Source: Malacoraja senta (taxonomy: Eukaryota). From it: a DNA stretch of 64,000 bases. The notes beneath the pieces were generated by a model. That model was not told the DNA's origin, made no database searches, and worked only from the letters and a program-made list of their open reading frames with translations. Both the position numbers and the translations under genes were made by a program. The stretch covers positions 62,001 through 126,000 of the forward strand of contig JAXLNO010005735.1 of assembly GCA_038087875.1 (NCBI GenBank), read 5' to 3'. Positions 24,985 through 38,790 of this stretch are shown here, piece by piece; positions within the stretch are counted from its first letter, which is position 1, and each line of letters starts with the position of its first letter.

Positions 24985-25680
24985 TATCACTACTGATGGA
25001 TCTTCCCTGTAGGAGGAGGGAGAGCACTAGGTCCCAACAGAGTCATCACTACTGATGGATCTTCCTGCAGGAGGAGGGAGAGCACTAGGACCCAACAGAG
25101 TCATCACTACTGATGGATCTCCCTGCAGGAGGAGGGCACTAGGACCCAACTGACTGATGGATCTGCCCTATAGTGGGGGGGAGCACTAGGACCCAGCAGA
25201 GTCATCACTACTGATTGATCTTCCCTGCAGGAGGAGGGAGAGCACTAGGACCCAACTGACCGATGGATCTGCCTTATAGGGGGGGGAGCACTAGGACCCA
25301 GCAGAGTCATCACTACTGATTGATCTTCCCTGCAGGAGGAGGGAGAGCACTAGGACCCAACTGACTGATGGATCTTCCTGCAGGAGGAGGGAGAGCACTA
25401 GGACCCAGCAGAGTCATCACTACTGATTGATCTTCCCTGCAGGAGGAGAGCACTAGGACCCAGCTGACCGATGGATCTGCCCTATAGGGGGGGGGGGAGC
25501 ACTAGGACCCAGCAGAGTCATCACTACTGATTGATCTTCCCTGCAGGAGGAGAGCACTAGGACCCAGCTGACCGATGGATCTGCCCTATAGTGGGGGGGG
25601 GAGCACTAGGACCCAGCAGAGTCATCACTACTGATTGATCTTCCCTGTAGGGGGAGGGGGACTAGGAGCCAGCAGAGTTA
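24985..25680 (+). repeat. Minisatellite with alternating ~58-60 bp and ~44-47 bp units
   Basis: About 12-13 repeats of the core gagcactaggaccca followed by either gcagagtcatcactactgattgatcttccctgcagg or actgaccgatggatctgccctatag(g)n. Confidence 0.9.
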
Positions 25681-25914
25681 GACCACGTGCTGCCTGCATG
25701 GTGGAGGTTGTGGGCCTGGTGCTGAACCGGGAAGGTGACGACTCTGGCCCGCTGGTGGCCGGTGGAGAGGCAAGTGTCGGCGGAGTCGCTGGCGGAGGCC
25801 CGTGGGGAGCTGGAGTAGAGATATGGGCTTTCCAGCGACAGTGGCTGTGGTGTCCCCGCCCGGGGAGGTGGTGAGAGTCGGCAGCCACGGCTGTTTCAGT
25901 GGTCCGGGCCTGCG

Positions 25915-26392
25915 TTTGGGTGGGGGTGGGGGTGGGTGTGTGGGAGAGTGGGCGTGGGTAAGTGGGTGGATTTGTGTGGGTGGGGGTGTAGGTCAGTGGG
26001 TGTGGGTCAGTGTGGGNNNNNNNNNNNNNNNNNNNNNNNNNNNNNNNNNNNNNNNNNNNNNNNNNNNNNNNNNNNNNNNNNNNNNNNNNNNNNNNNNNNN
26101 NNNNNNNNNNNNNNNNNNNNNNNNNNNNNNNNNNNNNNNNNNNNNNNNNNNNNNNNNNNNNNNNNNNNNNNNNNNNNNNNNNNNNNNNNNNNNNNNNNNN
26201 NNNNNNNNNNNNNNNNNNNNNNNNNNNNNNNNNNNNNNNNNNNNNNNNNNNNNNNNNNNNNNNNNNNNNNNNNNNNNNNNNNNNNNNNNNNNNNNNNNNN
26301 NNNNNNNNNNNNNNNNNNNNNNNNNNNNNNNNNNNNNNNNNNNNNNNNNNNGTGAGTGTGTGTCTGAGTGTATGTGTGTGTTAGTGGGAGGG
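25915..26392. repeat. TG/GGGT-rich microsatellite around assembly gap 26017-26351
   Basis: gtgggt/gtgt repeats on both sides of 335 N. Confidence 0.85.
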
Positions 26393-26620
26393 TGAATTTT
26401 ATAAATGAAGTTAAAACCATTAGATCTGTTGAACTTTTTAACAGACTATTGACTTGGTAACCTGTTTCCAAATGTTTGTGTTAGCTTCAGAATACTATTA
26501 ACAATTCCAGCAACAGTAGCTTCTGCAGAGAGGTCATTTAGCAAACTCAAGCTGATTAAGAATTATTTAAGGTCGACAATGTCTCATGAACGTCTTGTGG
26601 ATTTGGCCAGGCTAAGTATT

Positions 26621-26995
26621 CAAAGTTAAAGTCAGTTTTATTCATCACATACCCCCGAAGGTGCAGTGAAGTGAATTTGCCAGCAGTGATACATGTAAAA
26701 AGAACACACAATACACAATAAAATTGAACACAAACATCCACTACAGCATTCTTCACTGTGGTGGAAGCCAACAAGTTTCAGCAAGTCCTCCATTGTTCAC
26801 CCGTGTTCGGGGCCATAACCCCTCCGTAGTGGCCGCTAGGGACGGCCCGATGTACAAGGCCCTCTCGTCGGGATGATCCAAACTCCGACGTTGGGACGGA
26901 CAAACACACTCTGCGGCTTGGAGGTCCCGACTCGGCACTTTCCTACTGGAGACCGCAGCTTCAGGATGTTATAGGCCACAGGCCAGCGGTTTTGC
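26621..26995 (-). mobile_element. GC-rich non-autonomous retroposon family, copy 1
   Basis: Shared core acatccac.acag...ttc.tcactgtg.tggaag.caa.aaagt and a Rex-like 3' end, as in the copies at 29405, 31527, 34367 and 45632. Confidence 0.6.
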
Positions 26996-27440
26996 GGTTA
27001 AATATAAAAGGATGTTTCAATGTGAATTCTTTCTCCTTATCTGTATTGTAGCATAAACAAAGATGTTCAAAACAAAGATAGATAAAATGCTGGAGAAACT
27101 CAATGGGTGAGGCAGCATCTATAGAGTGAAGGAAAACAAATGTGCTTGCTGATCCTTTTATGTTATTTATATTTATTTATATTTATCATGGAGGGTGTAT
27201 AGGGACATAAGGCCTCAAATGCAGAAAATCAACAGAGCGCCCCATTCCACCCCTCTCTCATCTTCCATACCCCTTTTTGCCGTGCAGGCTACAGCTCATG
27301 GCATAAAACTGTAGCATAGTGGATAAAAACAGGATGACTAATGGAGAAGGGAAGGGGGCCCAAAAGAAACTTTGTACCCACTGATAAAATTCCTGTGAGG
27401 CCCTGCGTATACACGCACAAACAGTGTGTGTTGTGAACCA

Positions 27441-29192
<1,752 letters not shown>

Positions 29193-29404
29193 CTGAGCAT
29201 TGGCAGACATGTTTTAATAAATCGGGCTGTTTTTTTTCAAATTTTGTTTTAGAGGTCACGGTACTGATCAAGAATGCCTGATGGGGTCGTGGGGCCAAAA
29301 AGATTAAGAACCACTGCTCTAAAGCTTAAAACTAAAGGGGCTAATAAAGGCCACAAAGTGGCTTTAGTGAGTCGGATTACAGAAACTCCCACATCTTTTT
29401 CAAG

Positions 29405-30100
29405 GTTTCATGGTTAGTTTATTGTCACATATACCAATTAAGGTACATTGAAATGCAGACTACCATACACCATACAAAAAAAAAGCAACAAGACACACAA
29501 TAACGTAAAAGTTAACATAAACATCCACAACAGAGGAGCCCGCACGTTCCTCACTGTGATGGAAGGCAATAAAGTCTAATCTCCTTCCTCTTTATCTCCC
29601 GCGGTCGGGGCAGTCAAACAATCTGCAGTCGGTGGTCGAAACCCCCTGTTGGGGAATCGATACTCCCACATCGGAGCGGTCGGAGCGGTCGAAACTCCTG
29701 CGGCTTGGAGGTCCCGGATGTTGGTCTCGACCGGGGACCGCGGGCTCCGCGATGTTAAAGTCTTGCAGGCTCTCACAGTTGGAGCCCTAAAGTCGATCCC
29801 CGACAGGGATTGCGAGCTCCATGATGGTAAGTCCACAGGCTCCTGCGATGGATCTCCCGGTCGATCTCTAGCAAAGGCCACCATTCCTCAATGTTAGGCC
29901 GCATTGTGGACGGAGATACGATACAGAAAATATCACATCTACGTCGAGGTAAGAGATTAGGAAAAGTTTCCCACAACTCCCCCAACCCCCACCCCCAAAA
30001 CAAGCTAAAGAACACTAAAGAATATACATTTAACACGTACAAAACAGACACAAGGAAGGAAGGGACAGACATACTGTTGGCGAGGCAACCATTGCAGCAA
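29405..30100 (-). mobile_element. GC-rich non-autonomous retroposon family, copy 2
   Basis: Core cctcactgtgatggaaggcaataaagtc, CpG-rich body, 5' motif atggttgcctcgccaacag. Confidence 0.65.
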
Positions 30101-30169
30101 AAGGTGGATTGCTTAAGGATATAGAAGGGAATATGTGCTTGGAGTTTGTGGATATAGGCGAGGTTTGGT

Positions 30170-31020
30170 TTCACCAAGGAAGACATGTAGAATAGTAAGG
30201 ACCATTAATAGTAAGTACATCATAAAATCCTCCAACATTTTTGCCACCTCCAACGGGATCCCACTACTGGTCACATCTTCCCATCTCCACCCCTTTCTGC
30301 TTTCCGCAGAGACCGTTCCCTCCGAAACTCCCTGGTCAACTCGTCCCTTCACACCCAAACCAACTCCTCTCCGGATACTTTCCCCTGCAACCGCAGGAGA
30401 TGCAACACCTGTCCCTTTACGTCCCCCCTCGACTCCGTCCAAGGACCTAAAGTCTTTCCAGGTGAGGCAGAAGTTCACTTGCACCTCTTCCAACCTCATC
30501 TACTGTATCCGCTGTTTCCGTTGTCAACTTCTCTACATCAGTGAGACCAAGCGCAGGCTCGACGATCGTTTTGCTGAACACTTCCCCTCAGTCCGTCTTA
30601 CCCTACCCGATCTCCCGGTGGCTCAGCACTTCAACTCCCCCTCCCATTCCCAATCTGACCTTTCTGTCCTGGGCCTCCTCCATTGTCAGAGTGAGGCCCA
30701 GCCCAAATTGGAGGAACAGCACCCCATATTTCGCTTGGGTAGTCTATACTCCAGCGGTATGAACGTTGACTTCTATAACTTTCGATAGCCCTTGATTTCT
30801 CTCTCCATCCCCTCCCCCTTCCCAATTCTGCCACCAGTCTTACTGTCTCCGCCGACATTCTATCTTTGTCCCTCCCCTGACATCAGTCTGAAGAAGGGTC
30901 TCGACCCAAAACAATGCCCATTCCATCTCTCCAGGGAAGCTGCCTGACCCGCTGAGTTACCCCAGCATTTTGTGTCTCTCTACGATTTTAACATCTGCAG
31001 CATCTGCAGTTCTTTCTTAC
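30170..31020 (+). mobile_element. Penelope-like 3' fragment (GIY-YIG) with terminal repeat
   Basis: ORF 30135-30788 KFTCTSSNLIYCIRCFRCQLLYISETKRRLDDRFAEH...VAQHFNS; terminal repeat agtctgaagaagggtctcgaccc. Confidence 0.88.
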
Positions 31021-31139
31021 ACATGGAGAATCAATGTGGAGAATGCTAACATGCAGGGACACTTTGAAGTTAAGTAAGAAGGAGATGTTGGATCACTTGA
31101 AGAGAAATGTGGATAAATCCCCAGGACAGAGGGGGTGTA

Positions 31140-31345
31140 GTGGATGATAATAATAATTGTTGAAAACATTAGTGCCGTGCTGGTTTCCAACGGGCACGGT
31201 GACGGACGCACCACACATCTCTGTCCTCCATGCAGCTGGCAAGCTCCTCTTTTGTCTCTACACATGCGTCTTCCATCAACGTCTTCAACATCGTCTTGAA
31301 TGGCCATCCTGGGTCAAGTCTTCCATGGGTGGAAGACGCATGCCA
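31140..31345 (-). mobile_element. RTE-type LINE 3' end
   Basis: STHGRLDPGWP..TMLKTLMEDACVETKEELASCMEDRDVW resembles the RTE C-terminus; (att)n-like tail. Confidence 0.65.
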
Positions 31346-32797
31346 GCAAACAGGCATGTCTGGCATTTAATGAGCATTGATGTATATATTGTAGACTTTC
31401 GTCCCAAATATCTTTCGTTATGGGTTGGCCTAATTCATTTTCCCATGTGTGTCTATATAAATCCGTCGGCGGGACCTCACTATCTAAGAGGGTATTATAA
31501 ATATGAGATATTAATTTTTCTGTATTAAGATTCAAGATTCAAGATTCAAGAAGTTTATTGCCATGTCAACTGAGTTGATAGGAATTTGACTTGCCATGCA
31601 GCACACAAATAAAGATTACAACAAAGAATTTAACAGTAAACATAAAAACATCCCCCCACAATGGTTCCCACTGTGGGGGAAGGCAGCAAAGTCCAGTCCC
31701 ATCCCCAGTTCACCCATAGTCGGGGCCTATTGAGGCCTCTGCAGTCGCCGCTACGGCAGCCCGATGCCTCAGGCCCTCTCGCCGGATGATGAAGCTCCGG
31801 CGTCGGGTGAACACTCTCAGCGGCCCGGAGTGTCTGGAGCGGCTGCCTCCTCCCAGTAGACCGCGGCTCCCGAAGTCCACGAGCCGCGCTGGTCGATGCC
31901 CCGACTCTGTCGACCTCGTCGTCAGATCCCAGGCTCCGCGGTGTTCCAAGCTCAGCGCCGCTGGAAGCTCCACTGACCGCAGACCGCAGCTCTGCGATGT
32001 TAGTGCCGGCCGTCACAGCACTCCGGAGCTTACTGCACGGCGACCCGGGTTAGGCATCGCCCGCTCCGCGATGGTGCTTCAGCGCTGTGCCGCCGCCGAA
32101 GCTGAAGTCCTGGCCGGTCCCGGCAGGAAAACGCCGCTCCAGCCTGCCCGTAGGCCGCGAGGAAGGGGCGAAGATACGGCTCGGAGAAAAGCCGCATCTC
32201 CGACCAGGTAGGGACTGAGAAGAATAGTTTCCCCCTTCCCCCTACCCCCCCCCCCCCCACATAAAAAGACTAAAAGATCTCCAACCAACACTCTCAACTA
32301 ACTAAAAATAAAAAAAAGAGTGAAAAAACTAACAGCTGCTGGCGGGGCAGCCATATTCGACGGCGCCCCCTGTTGATGTTATTAGGATGTTTATTCAAAC
32401 ATTCATCAAGGATTTCTGGTTCCCTAGTTCTGTAATCTTGTGTATTTGATTTAATGTAATCTCTAATTTGTAAATATCTGAAAAAGTTATTTGAGTGTGG
32501 TCCGTAAATCTGTTGTAACCCCTGAAATTAAAGAAAAGTGCCTTTCCTATAAAGATGTCCCATCTTTTTAATTCCTTAATTTTTCCATTGTGTAAAGCCT
32601 TTATCCAACATGGAGGGTTTGAATAAAGGGTTGTTTATAATGGGGAGACAGAGTGATAAATTATCCAATTTTAAAGTCTTTTTTAATTGTTTCCAAATTC
32701 GTATACCACTATATATTATAGAATTTTCACTATAGGTTTTTTAATGCAATTTTGTGGGAGCAAACATAATCGAACCAATTTCAAAAGGTAAACAGTC
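31345..32797 (-). mobile_element. L1 ORF2 internal fragment (interrupted at 31527-32352)
   Basis: NTEKLISHIYNTLLDSEVP...HQCSLNARH and DCLPFEIGSIMFA closely match the + strand L1 ORF2 at about 54950-55530. Confidence 0.85.
31527..32352 (-). mobile_element. GC-rich non-autonomous retroposon family, copy 3 (near full length)
   Basis: (ttcaaga)n tail, family core, 5' end ggggcgccgtcgaatatggctgccccgccagcag. Confidence 0.65.
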
Positions 32798-33045
32798 TTT
32801 CACTATTTTGTATGACTCAATGAGGTCCCCCCTTATTCTTCTAAACTCCAGCGAGTACAGGCCCACTGCCATCAAATGGTCATCATATGTTAACCCATTC
32901 ATTCCTGGGATCATTCTTGTACACCTCCTCTGGACACTCTCCAGAGCCAGCACATCCTTCCTCAGATATGGTGCCCAAAATTGCTCACAATGCTCCAAAT
33001 GTGGCCTGACCGGCGCCTTATAGAACCTCAGCATTACATCCCTGT
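32797..33045 (-). mobile_element. CR1 RT fragment lacking its 3' tail, fused to the L1 fragment
   Basis: LRFYKAPVRPHLEHCEQFWAPYLRKD...GDLIESYKIVK then runs directly into L1 sequence. Confidence 0.8.
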
Positions 33046-33369
33046 TTGACAGGGAGAAAGTGTAATTGATGTATTTCATATTAGTTAACCATGGATTTTC
33101 TTGACCACAGTTGACAGCCCCTAATGGGATTGCATGTCTATCACACATCTCAAAAGAGCACAGCATTAAGCTTCGAAGGGCAAAATTTACACGAGTTGTG
33201 CAGGTCAAGTGTTTTTTTTCACAGAGAGAGCTTGATACCTAGAATGCGCTACCAGGAGTGGTGGTAGAGGAAGACATGATAATGGTGCTTAAGAAGGTTT
33301 TGGACAGGCTTGTGAATGTGCAGCGAATACAAGGATATGGATCACATGCAGGCAGTGGAAATCAGTTTT

Positions 33370-33665
33370 GGTTTAGTTTAGAGATAGAGTATGGAAACAG
33401 GATCTTTGGGCCACTGAGTCTGCACTGACCAGCAATTGCCCATTCACTATTTTTGTCCTACAAGCTAGGGACAATTTACAGAAGCCAATTAACCTACAAA
33501 CCTGCACGTCTTTTGTATTTGGGAGGAAACCGTAGCCCCCAGAGAAAACCCACAGGGTGACAGAGAGAACGTACAAACTCCGTCCAGACAGCACTCTAGT
33601 CAGGATCGAACCCGGGTCTCTAATGCTGTAAGACAGCCATTCTATCACTGTGCCACTGTGTTGCC
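33370..33665 (-). mobile_element. HE1-like V-SINE
   Basis: Reverse complement of the SINE consensus. Confidence 0.8.
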
Positions 33666-34366
33666 TTAGTTTTTACTTGGTATCCTGTTCGACATGGACA
33701 TTGCAGGCTGAAAGTCCTGTTCTTGTACTGTTCTATGTTCTATATATTCTCATTGGACAGGGCAGAGTTTTTCACTCCTCCAGCCTCCATGTTGAATACT
33801 TACTCCCAGTTTAAATCTGATTCAATTAGTCAATCCATTTCTCCCCCCCCCCTCCTGCCCTGATCCCCATTCTATATCTTGAAGTAGTCATTCCATTTTT
33901 CGCTCCCTGGTCTGTCTACTATCCCCACAACTTTCCTCTACTTTCCTGTCTTGGTGCATGCAACATCTATCCATTTACCTCTTCCCTTCCTACTGTCCAT
34001 AGACCCAGGCAGTTCTTCAAAGTGAAACAGCGTGAAACACTTGCACTTCCAGTCAAATCTACTGCATTTGGTTTTCATGACGTAATCTTCCACATCGCAT
34101 CAATGAAACAAATTGAGTGGCTGCGTTCTGGAGAACCCGCATTCAATCCATGGGACTTTCTAAGATTCCTAATTCCTGCCACTTTAATTCTCCATTCAAC
34201 ACCCACCATGATCCATCCATCTGTACCTCTTACACTAGGATAACAAGGGTGAAAGTAACCTTGAGGACCAACAACTCAGCTTCTACCTTGACATGTTGCA
34301 GCCTTTCACACTCAATTCCACGTTCAACAAGTTGTATTCCCTGTCGATAAAAGAACTGGTCATTTC

Positions 34367-34870
34367 ATAAGTTCATGTTCATTTATTCTCACATACACCA
34401 ATTGGTGTAGTAAAATTCACTGGCCAGGTCAGTCATACAATTTTAAAAAGCAACAGACTCAAAAACACATTTTGACATAAACATCCATCATAGTGACTCC
34501 TACACATTCCTCACTGTGATAGAAGGCGAAAATAAAGTTCCAAGTCCTTCCCTTGTTGTTCCTCCTTGGTCGGGGGCCTCGAGCCCCCCGTTGAACGGAC
34601 GGTCTTGAGTCCCGTAGCCGGCGGCGTTCGGGCCCTCCGCGTCGAGGTGATCAGCTCCCGCATCGGGGGGATTGTCAGCTCCCCTGCGCCGGGCGATCGA
34701 ACCTCGCGTCGGGGCTGGACGAACCTTCTGTGGCGTTGGAGCTCCCGACTAGCCTCTCCCGAGACTGGGAGCCCTTGATGGTAAGTTCGCAGGCCGCGTT
34801 GGGAGCGATCCCAGGCAAGGGATCCGCTCAGATGGTAAGTCCACGCCCCGTGGTGGGGCTCACGACGGTC
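34367..34870 (-). mobile_element. GC-rich non-autonomous retroposon family, copy 4
   Basis: Core cattcctcactgtgatagaaggcgaaataaagttc and a CpG-rich body. Confidence 0.6.
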
Positions 34871-35670
34871 CTTTTCAACTGTTAAGTTGAAGTCAGAAAG
34901 AACAGATGCAAGAAGTATGAAGAAGGACACCAAGCTGAAACATTACGTAACCATGTCTTCCAGATGCTGCCTGAGCCACTGAGTTACACCTGCACGTTTT
35001 TGTGTTTTTTTTAAATTACAGTAAAGTTATCCACCTGCAAAATCAGGACAGCCTGACCTACTTGAGTACTGCAGTATGTGCTGCATTTTATATAACTCTG
35101 TTTAGTTTCATGCATGCAGAGATGCAGTGAAATGGTTTGGATGGAACAGCAGATGCTGGACACCCCGTCCCTTCTCTCCAGAGATGCTGCCTGTCCCGCT
35201 GAGTTACTCCAGCTTTTTGTGTCTGTCTGCAGTGAAATGGTTGTTCTGCATTCTCCCCAGTCAAGTCATACTGTACATAAGTACAATTCGTCCTCTTCTG
35301 GAACAGCACGCAGAGATCCACCACATTCCACGGACTATCTTGCAGCTTTCAAGTCTCTGAGAAGTCTGATTTTGCCCTAAGGAAATACCCAATTTCACAT
35401 TTTCTCATGTTAAGGCCCAGTGTCATAACAGCACTGGATTGATGAAGTAGAGGCGCCTGCCTCAGTTTAAGTTTTTCTGTTTCAAGATTGTGATCAAACC
35501 CTCGTCACTGGAACTGTGCCGCAGTGCCACCCATTACGTATCAGTCCCAATTATCTTTCAACATGCTGGAATCACTTGTTTTTTATCCTTTTTAGACTTT
35601 TTTCATGAATTGTTCAGCTTAAACAGTTATGCTACAGCAATTAAGCGCAGCTACCACTTAGTTCCAGAGA

Positions 35671-35872
35671 CGTAACAACACAAGAGATAGTGTTGGATGA
35701 ATGATCAAACTCACACATAGTGGTTAGAATCCATAGTCTTTTATTAGTAACTCTGCAGAGGAAACACAAGGTGCTTTCTTCTCAGCATGCTTACTACCAG
35801 TCTACCAGAGAGAGAGAGAGCTGTCTAATAAGCCTGTGGGCGGAGCCACAGTATGAGTGACACTAATCTACA
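35671..35872 (-). mobile_element. Possible solo LTR
   Basis: The minus strand starts TGTAG, contains AATAAA and ends ...GTTAC(G). Flanks gaga/gata could be a degraded 4-bp TSD. Confidence 0.35.
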
Positions 35873-35924
35873 GATAGGCACAGGGATAAGTTTCGGTTTA
35901 TTATTGTCACGTTTAGTTTCGAGG

Positions 35925-36205
35925 TACAGCATGAAAATAGGCCTTTTGGCCCACTGAACCTGTGCTGACTAACGACCACCCAAATATTAGTTCTATCCTA
36001 CACACTAGGGACAATTTACAGAAGCCAAAAAACTTACAAACCTGCACGTCTTTGAATGTGACGGAACTGTAGCACCCGGAGATAACTCACATGGTCACAG
36101 GGAGAATGTATGAACTCTATATAGACAGCACCCATTGTCAGGATTGAACTTTGGTCTGTGGTACTGTAAGGCAGCAACTTTCCCTCTGCGCCACTGTGCT
36201 GCCCA
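35925..36205 (-). mobile_element. HE1-like V-SINE
   Basis: Reverse complement of the SINE consensus. Confidence 0.78.
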
Positions 36206-37508
36206 TGTACTGAGGTAGAGTGTAAAGCTTTGTTTTGCATGCTATCCAATTGGATGAGGTAACAAAATACATATATATGATCATCAAACTCAAGTACTGT
36301 AGGTAGAGCAAAGGGGAAGGTACAGAGTGTGGCATGTAGTTCTCAGCAATGTAGCACAGCAGTTCCATTAGATAAGTGTTTCGACACGAAACGTGACACA
36401 TTCCTTCTCTCCAGAGATGCTGCCTGACCCGTTGAGTTACTCTAGCATTTTGTGTCTATCTGCGGTTTAAACCAGCATCTACAGTTCCTCCCTACATAGT
36501 TCTATAAACAAAGTCCACTGTCTTTAATGGGGTAGTGGTCAATTGGACAGTACCCTAGCTTATGGAACGATCATTCAGAAGCCTGATTTTCTCCTCGGTT
36601 ATCAAGTTTCCGAGTAAGCCATTTGGTCCTCTAACCTGCCCACCATTCAATATGACCATGGCTGACGTTCCTCAGGCATCAACTCCTGTTCGATGTCAGT
36701 TCCTCATTGCACTCAGTTCTCCAATTTAAGTTTAATTAAGTTAACTACCGCCACATTAAATGCTTCCAATGATTTTGTCTTCACAAATCTCTGGCGCCAG
36801 AGAATGACCACACTCTGCAAAAAGAGATTTTGTAAACAAATGACTGGTCTCTTTTATCTCTTATTGAAGAGGAGTGAAAATACTGCCAATTTTAAGCTTG
36901 TCCCCTCCCCAATTGACCCTCATTTCGTAACTTGTCAATTATTTATTATTGTCAATAATATGCCCTAGTGAAAAGATTTGCCGATGGTATTAGTTTATTA
37001 TTGTCACATGAACTGTGATATAGTCAAAAGTTTGTCTGTGTGTTATCCAATCAGATCATACTACACATGTGCAATCAAGCCATCCACAAGTAGAACAGTG
37101 CAAAGAGAAAAATTCTCAGAGTGCAGAATATCGGGTTACAATATCATAGCATTACAGTTACAGAGAAAGTGCAGATCAAAAAGAGTTGCAAGGATCACAA
37201 TGAGATTGGTTGGAAGATCAGGGCAACATCTTATCTTACATGAGAACCATTCAGTAGTCCAATAACAGTGGGGAAGAAGCTGTTCCTGAATTTAATGGTA
37301 CGTACTTTCAAACTTTCTTGTGTACTGTCTTAACAGGGAGCGTGCGATCCCTTTTAAACCACGTGGTTGGTTGATGGTGCCGAAAGAGGCAAAATGGGGC
37401 AGATGTGGACAGTTAACTTGGTTGTTGTAGTGGACTGAAGAATATTTTGTGGTGGGTGACTGTGCAAGTTTTACTGAAGATGAAAATAACCATCTTACTG
37501 TCTTGTAG

Positions 37509-37775
37509 TTTCCCCTGAGGTCACTCTCGCTGCCCGCCCTGATGATCATTCAGTCCTGTACTGCACTGTGTTTGGATTTTACCCACCGGCCATCAATGTC
37601 AGCTGGTTGCAGAATGGTCAACATGTCTCTGAGACCAAATCTTCTGGGGTCATACCCAACAACGATGGAACATATCATCTAAGGTCTGTCCTTGAGTATG
37701 ATCCGTATGATGGGAAACAGTATTCCTGTCATGTCGATCACAGCAGCCTGCCCGGTGGGAAGACCATCATCTGGG
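37509..37775 (+). CDS. MHC class I-like heavy chain, alpha3 (Ig C1) exon
   Basis: Acceptor ctgtcttgtAG, donor GTaaga, 267 bp, phase 1/1. SPEVTL...LYCTVFGFYPPAINVSWLQNG...SSGVIPNNDGTYHL...EYDP...YSCHVDHSSL...W contains both Ig cysteines, the GFYP motif and the class I alpha3 PNxDGTY motif. Confidence 0.95.
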
Positions 37776-38119
37776 GTAAGAACGTTAAATATTCTTTCAT
37801 AGATAATCATTATCTTCTGTTGTTTCCATTTTAATCATCATGAATACATCCCATATTCCAAGATGCTTAAACTTTCTTTGTTTAGTGGTGTTGCTCTAAG
37901 TAATCACGTAATCAGCACCCACTCTCCACATGAGCAGAAGACTTTGTCAACAGAACATTTATCAAAAGTAAATAAATAACTAATATATAAGGAAGGAGTA
38001 TTTGAGATTCTCAGTGGTGGAACTGAAATCTATGAAAGGTATGTTTAAATACAAAATGAATCTTTCCTCATGATGTGATTAACAACAAGGCACTGGGGGA
38101 GTACATGCCCCAATCTGAA

Positions 38120-38790
38120 TCAATGGTCCGAAGTGGAAATGATTGAGAGCTTCATGTTCCTTGGCATGAATTTATCCAATATTCTGTAAAGGACTGACCA
38201 CATAGCCAAGGAGGCACACCGACACCTCTACTTCCTCAGGAGACTGAGAATATTCATCATGTCTCTGGTGACTCTAGCAAACATCTATAGATGCCGCTAG
38301 AGAAAGCATGTTGTTGGGTTGCATCACATCTTGATTTGGGAACTGCACTGCCCAAGACTGCAAGAATATACAAAGAGTTAAAGATCATCACACAGGCCAG
38401 ACTTCCCACTATTGGCTCAATCTACACTAGGTTGCCTTGGAAAACGAGACTTATCCCAACCTTCCTCCTTCTTGCTCCCATCAGGCATTAGGTACAGAAA
38501 GTTGAAAATATGCACTGCCAGACTCAGGAACACCCCCTTTCCACCTGTTAACAGGCTTCGGAAGGGTCCTTCCATAATGTAGGTTTAATGCCCGATTCAC
38601 CTCAACCTCATTGAACATTGAACATTGTCCATGGAACTGATGTGTTACAATGCTGAGAACTATATTCTGTACTCTGTATCCTCCTCTTTGCTCTATCTAT
38701 TGTTTTTGAGTTTGTATTTATGTATAGTTTTATAATTTGTTTGGATAGCATACAAAACAAACTTTGCTCATATTTTGAAACATCTGGCGT
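38120..38790 (+). mobile_element. Degenerate Rex1/Babar-type LINE 3' fragment
   Basis: VEMIESFMFLG...HLYFLRRLR...IYRC resembles the 7680-8590 element; tail ...taataaaactaaacctaa. Confidence 0.65.

Larger units (their letters stand above)
24714..27405 (+). mobile_element. hAT (Tip100-like) deletion derivative nested in the Buster element
   Basis: TIR cagggcct / aggccctg; perfect 8-bp TSD cgtataca (24706-13, 27406-13). The hATC remnant FRILLTIPATVASAERSFSKLKLIKNYLRSTMSHERL lies at about 26480-26600. The element contains the minisatellite and the first N gap. Confidence 0.9.

Noticed and set aside
24985-25680. CRISPR-like repeat-spacer array
   Set aside because: There are no unique spacers, the context is vertebrate, and it is a minisatellite inside a hAT element.
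25802-26471. Long ORFs across the N gaps (also 51586-51953)
   Set aside because: Artefacts of translating N.
31630-32297. Overlapping GC-rich ORFs (also 23493-24095, 29576-30186, 34511-34933)
   Set aside because: Stop-poor GC-rich repeat interiors with no protein motifs.
35261-35380. SSHTVH...DYLAAFKSLRSL, faintly like the start of alpha2
   Set aside because: Wrong phase (0), no cysteine, about 7 residues short, stops after 39 codons.
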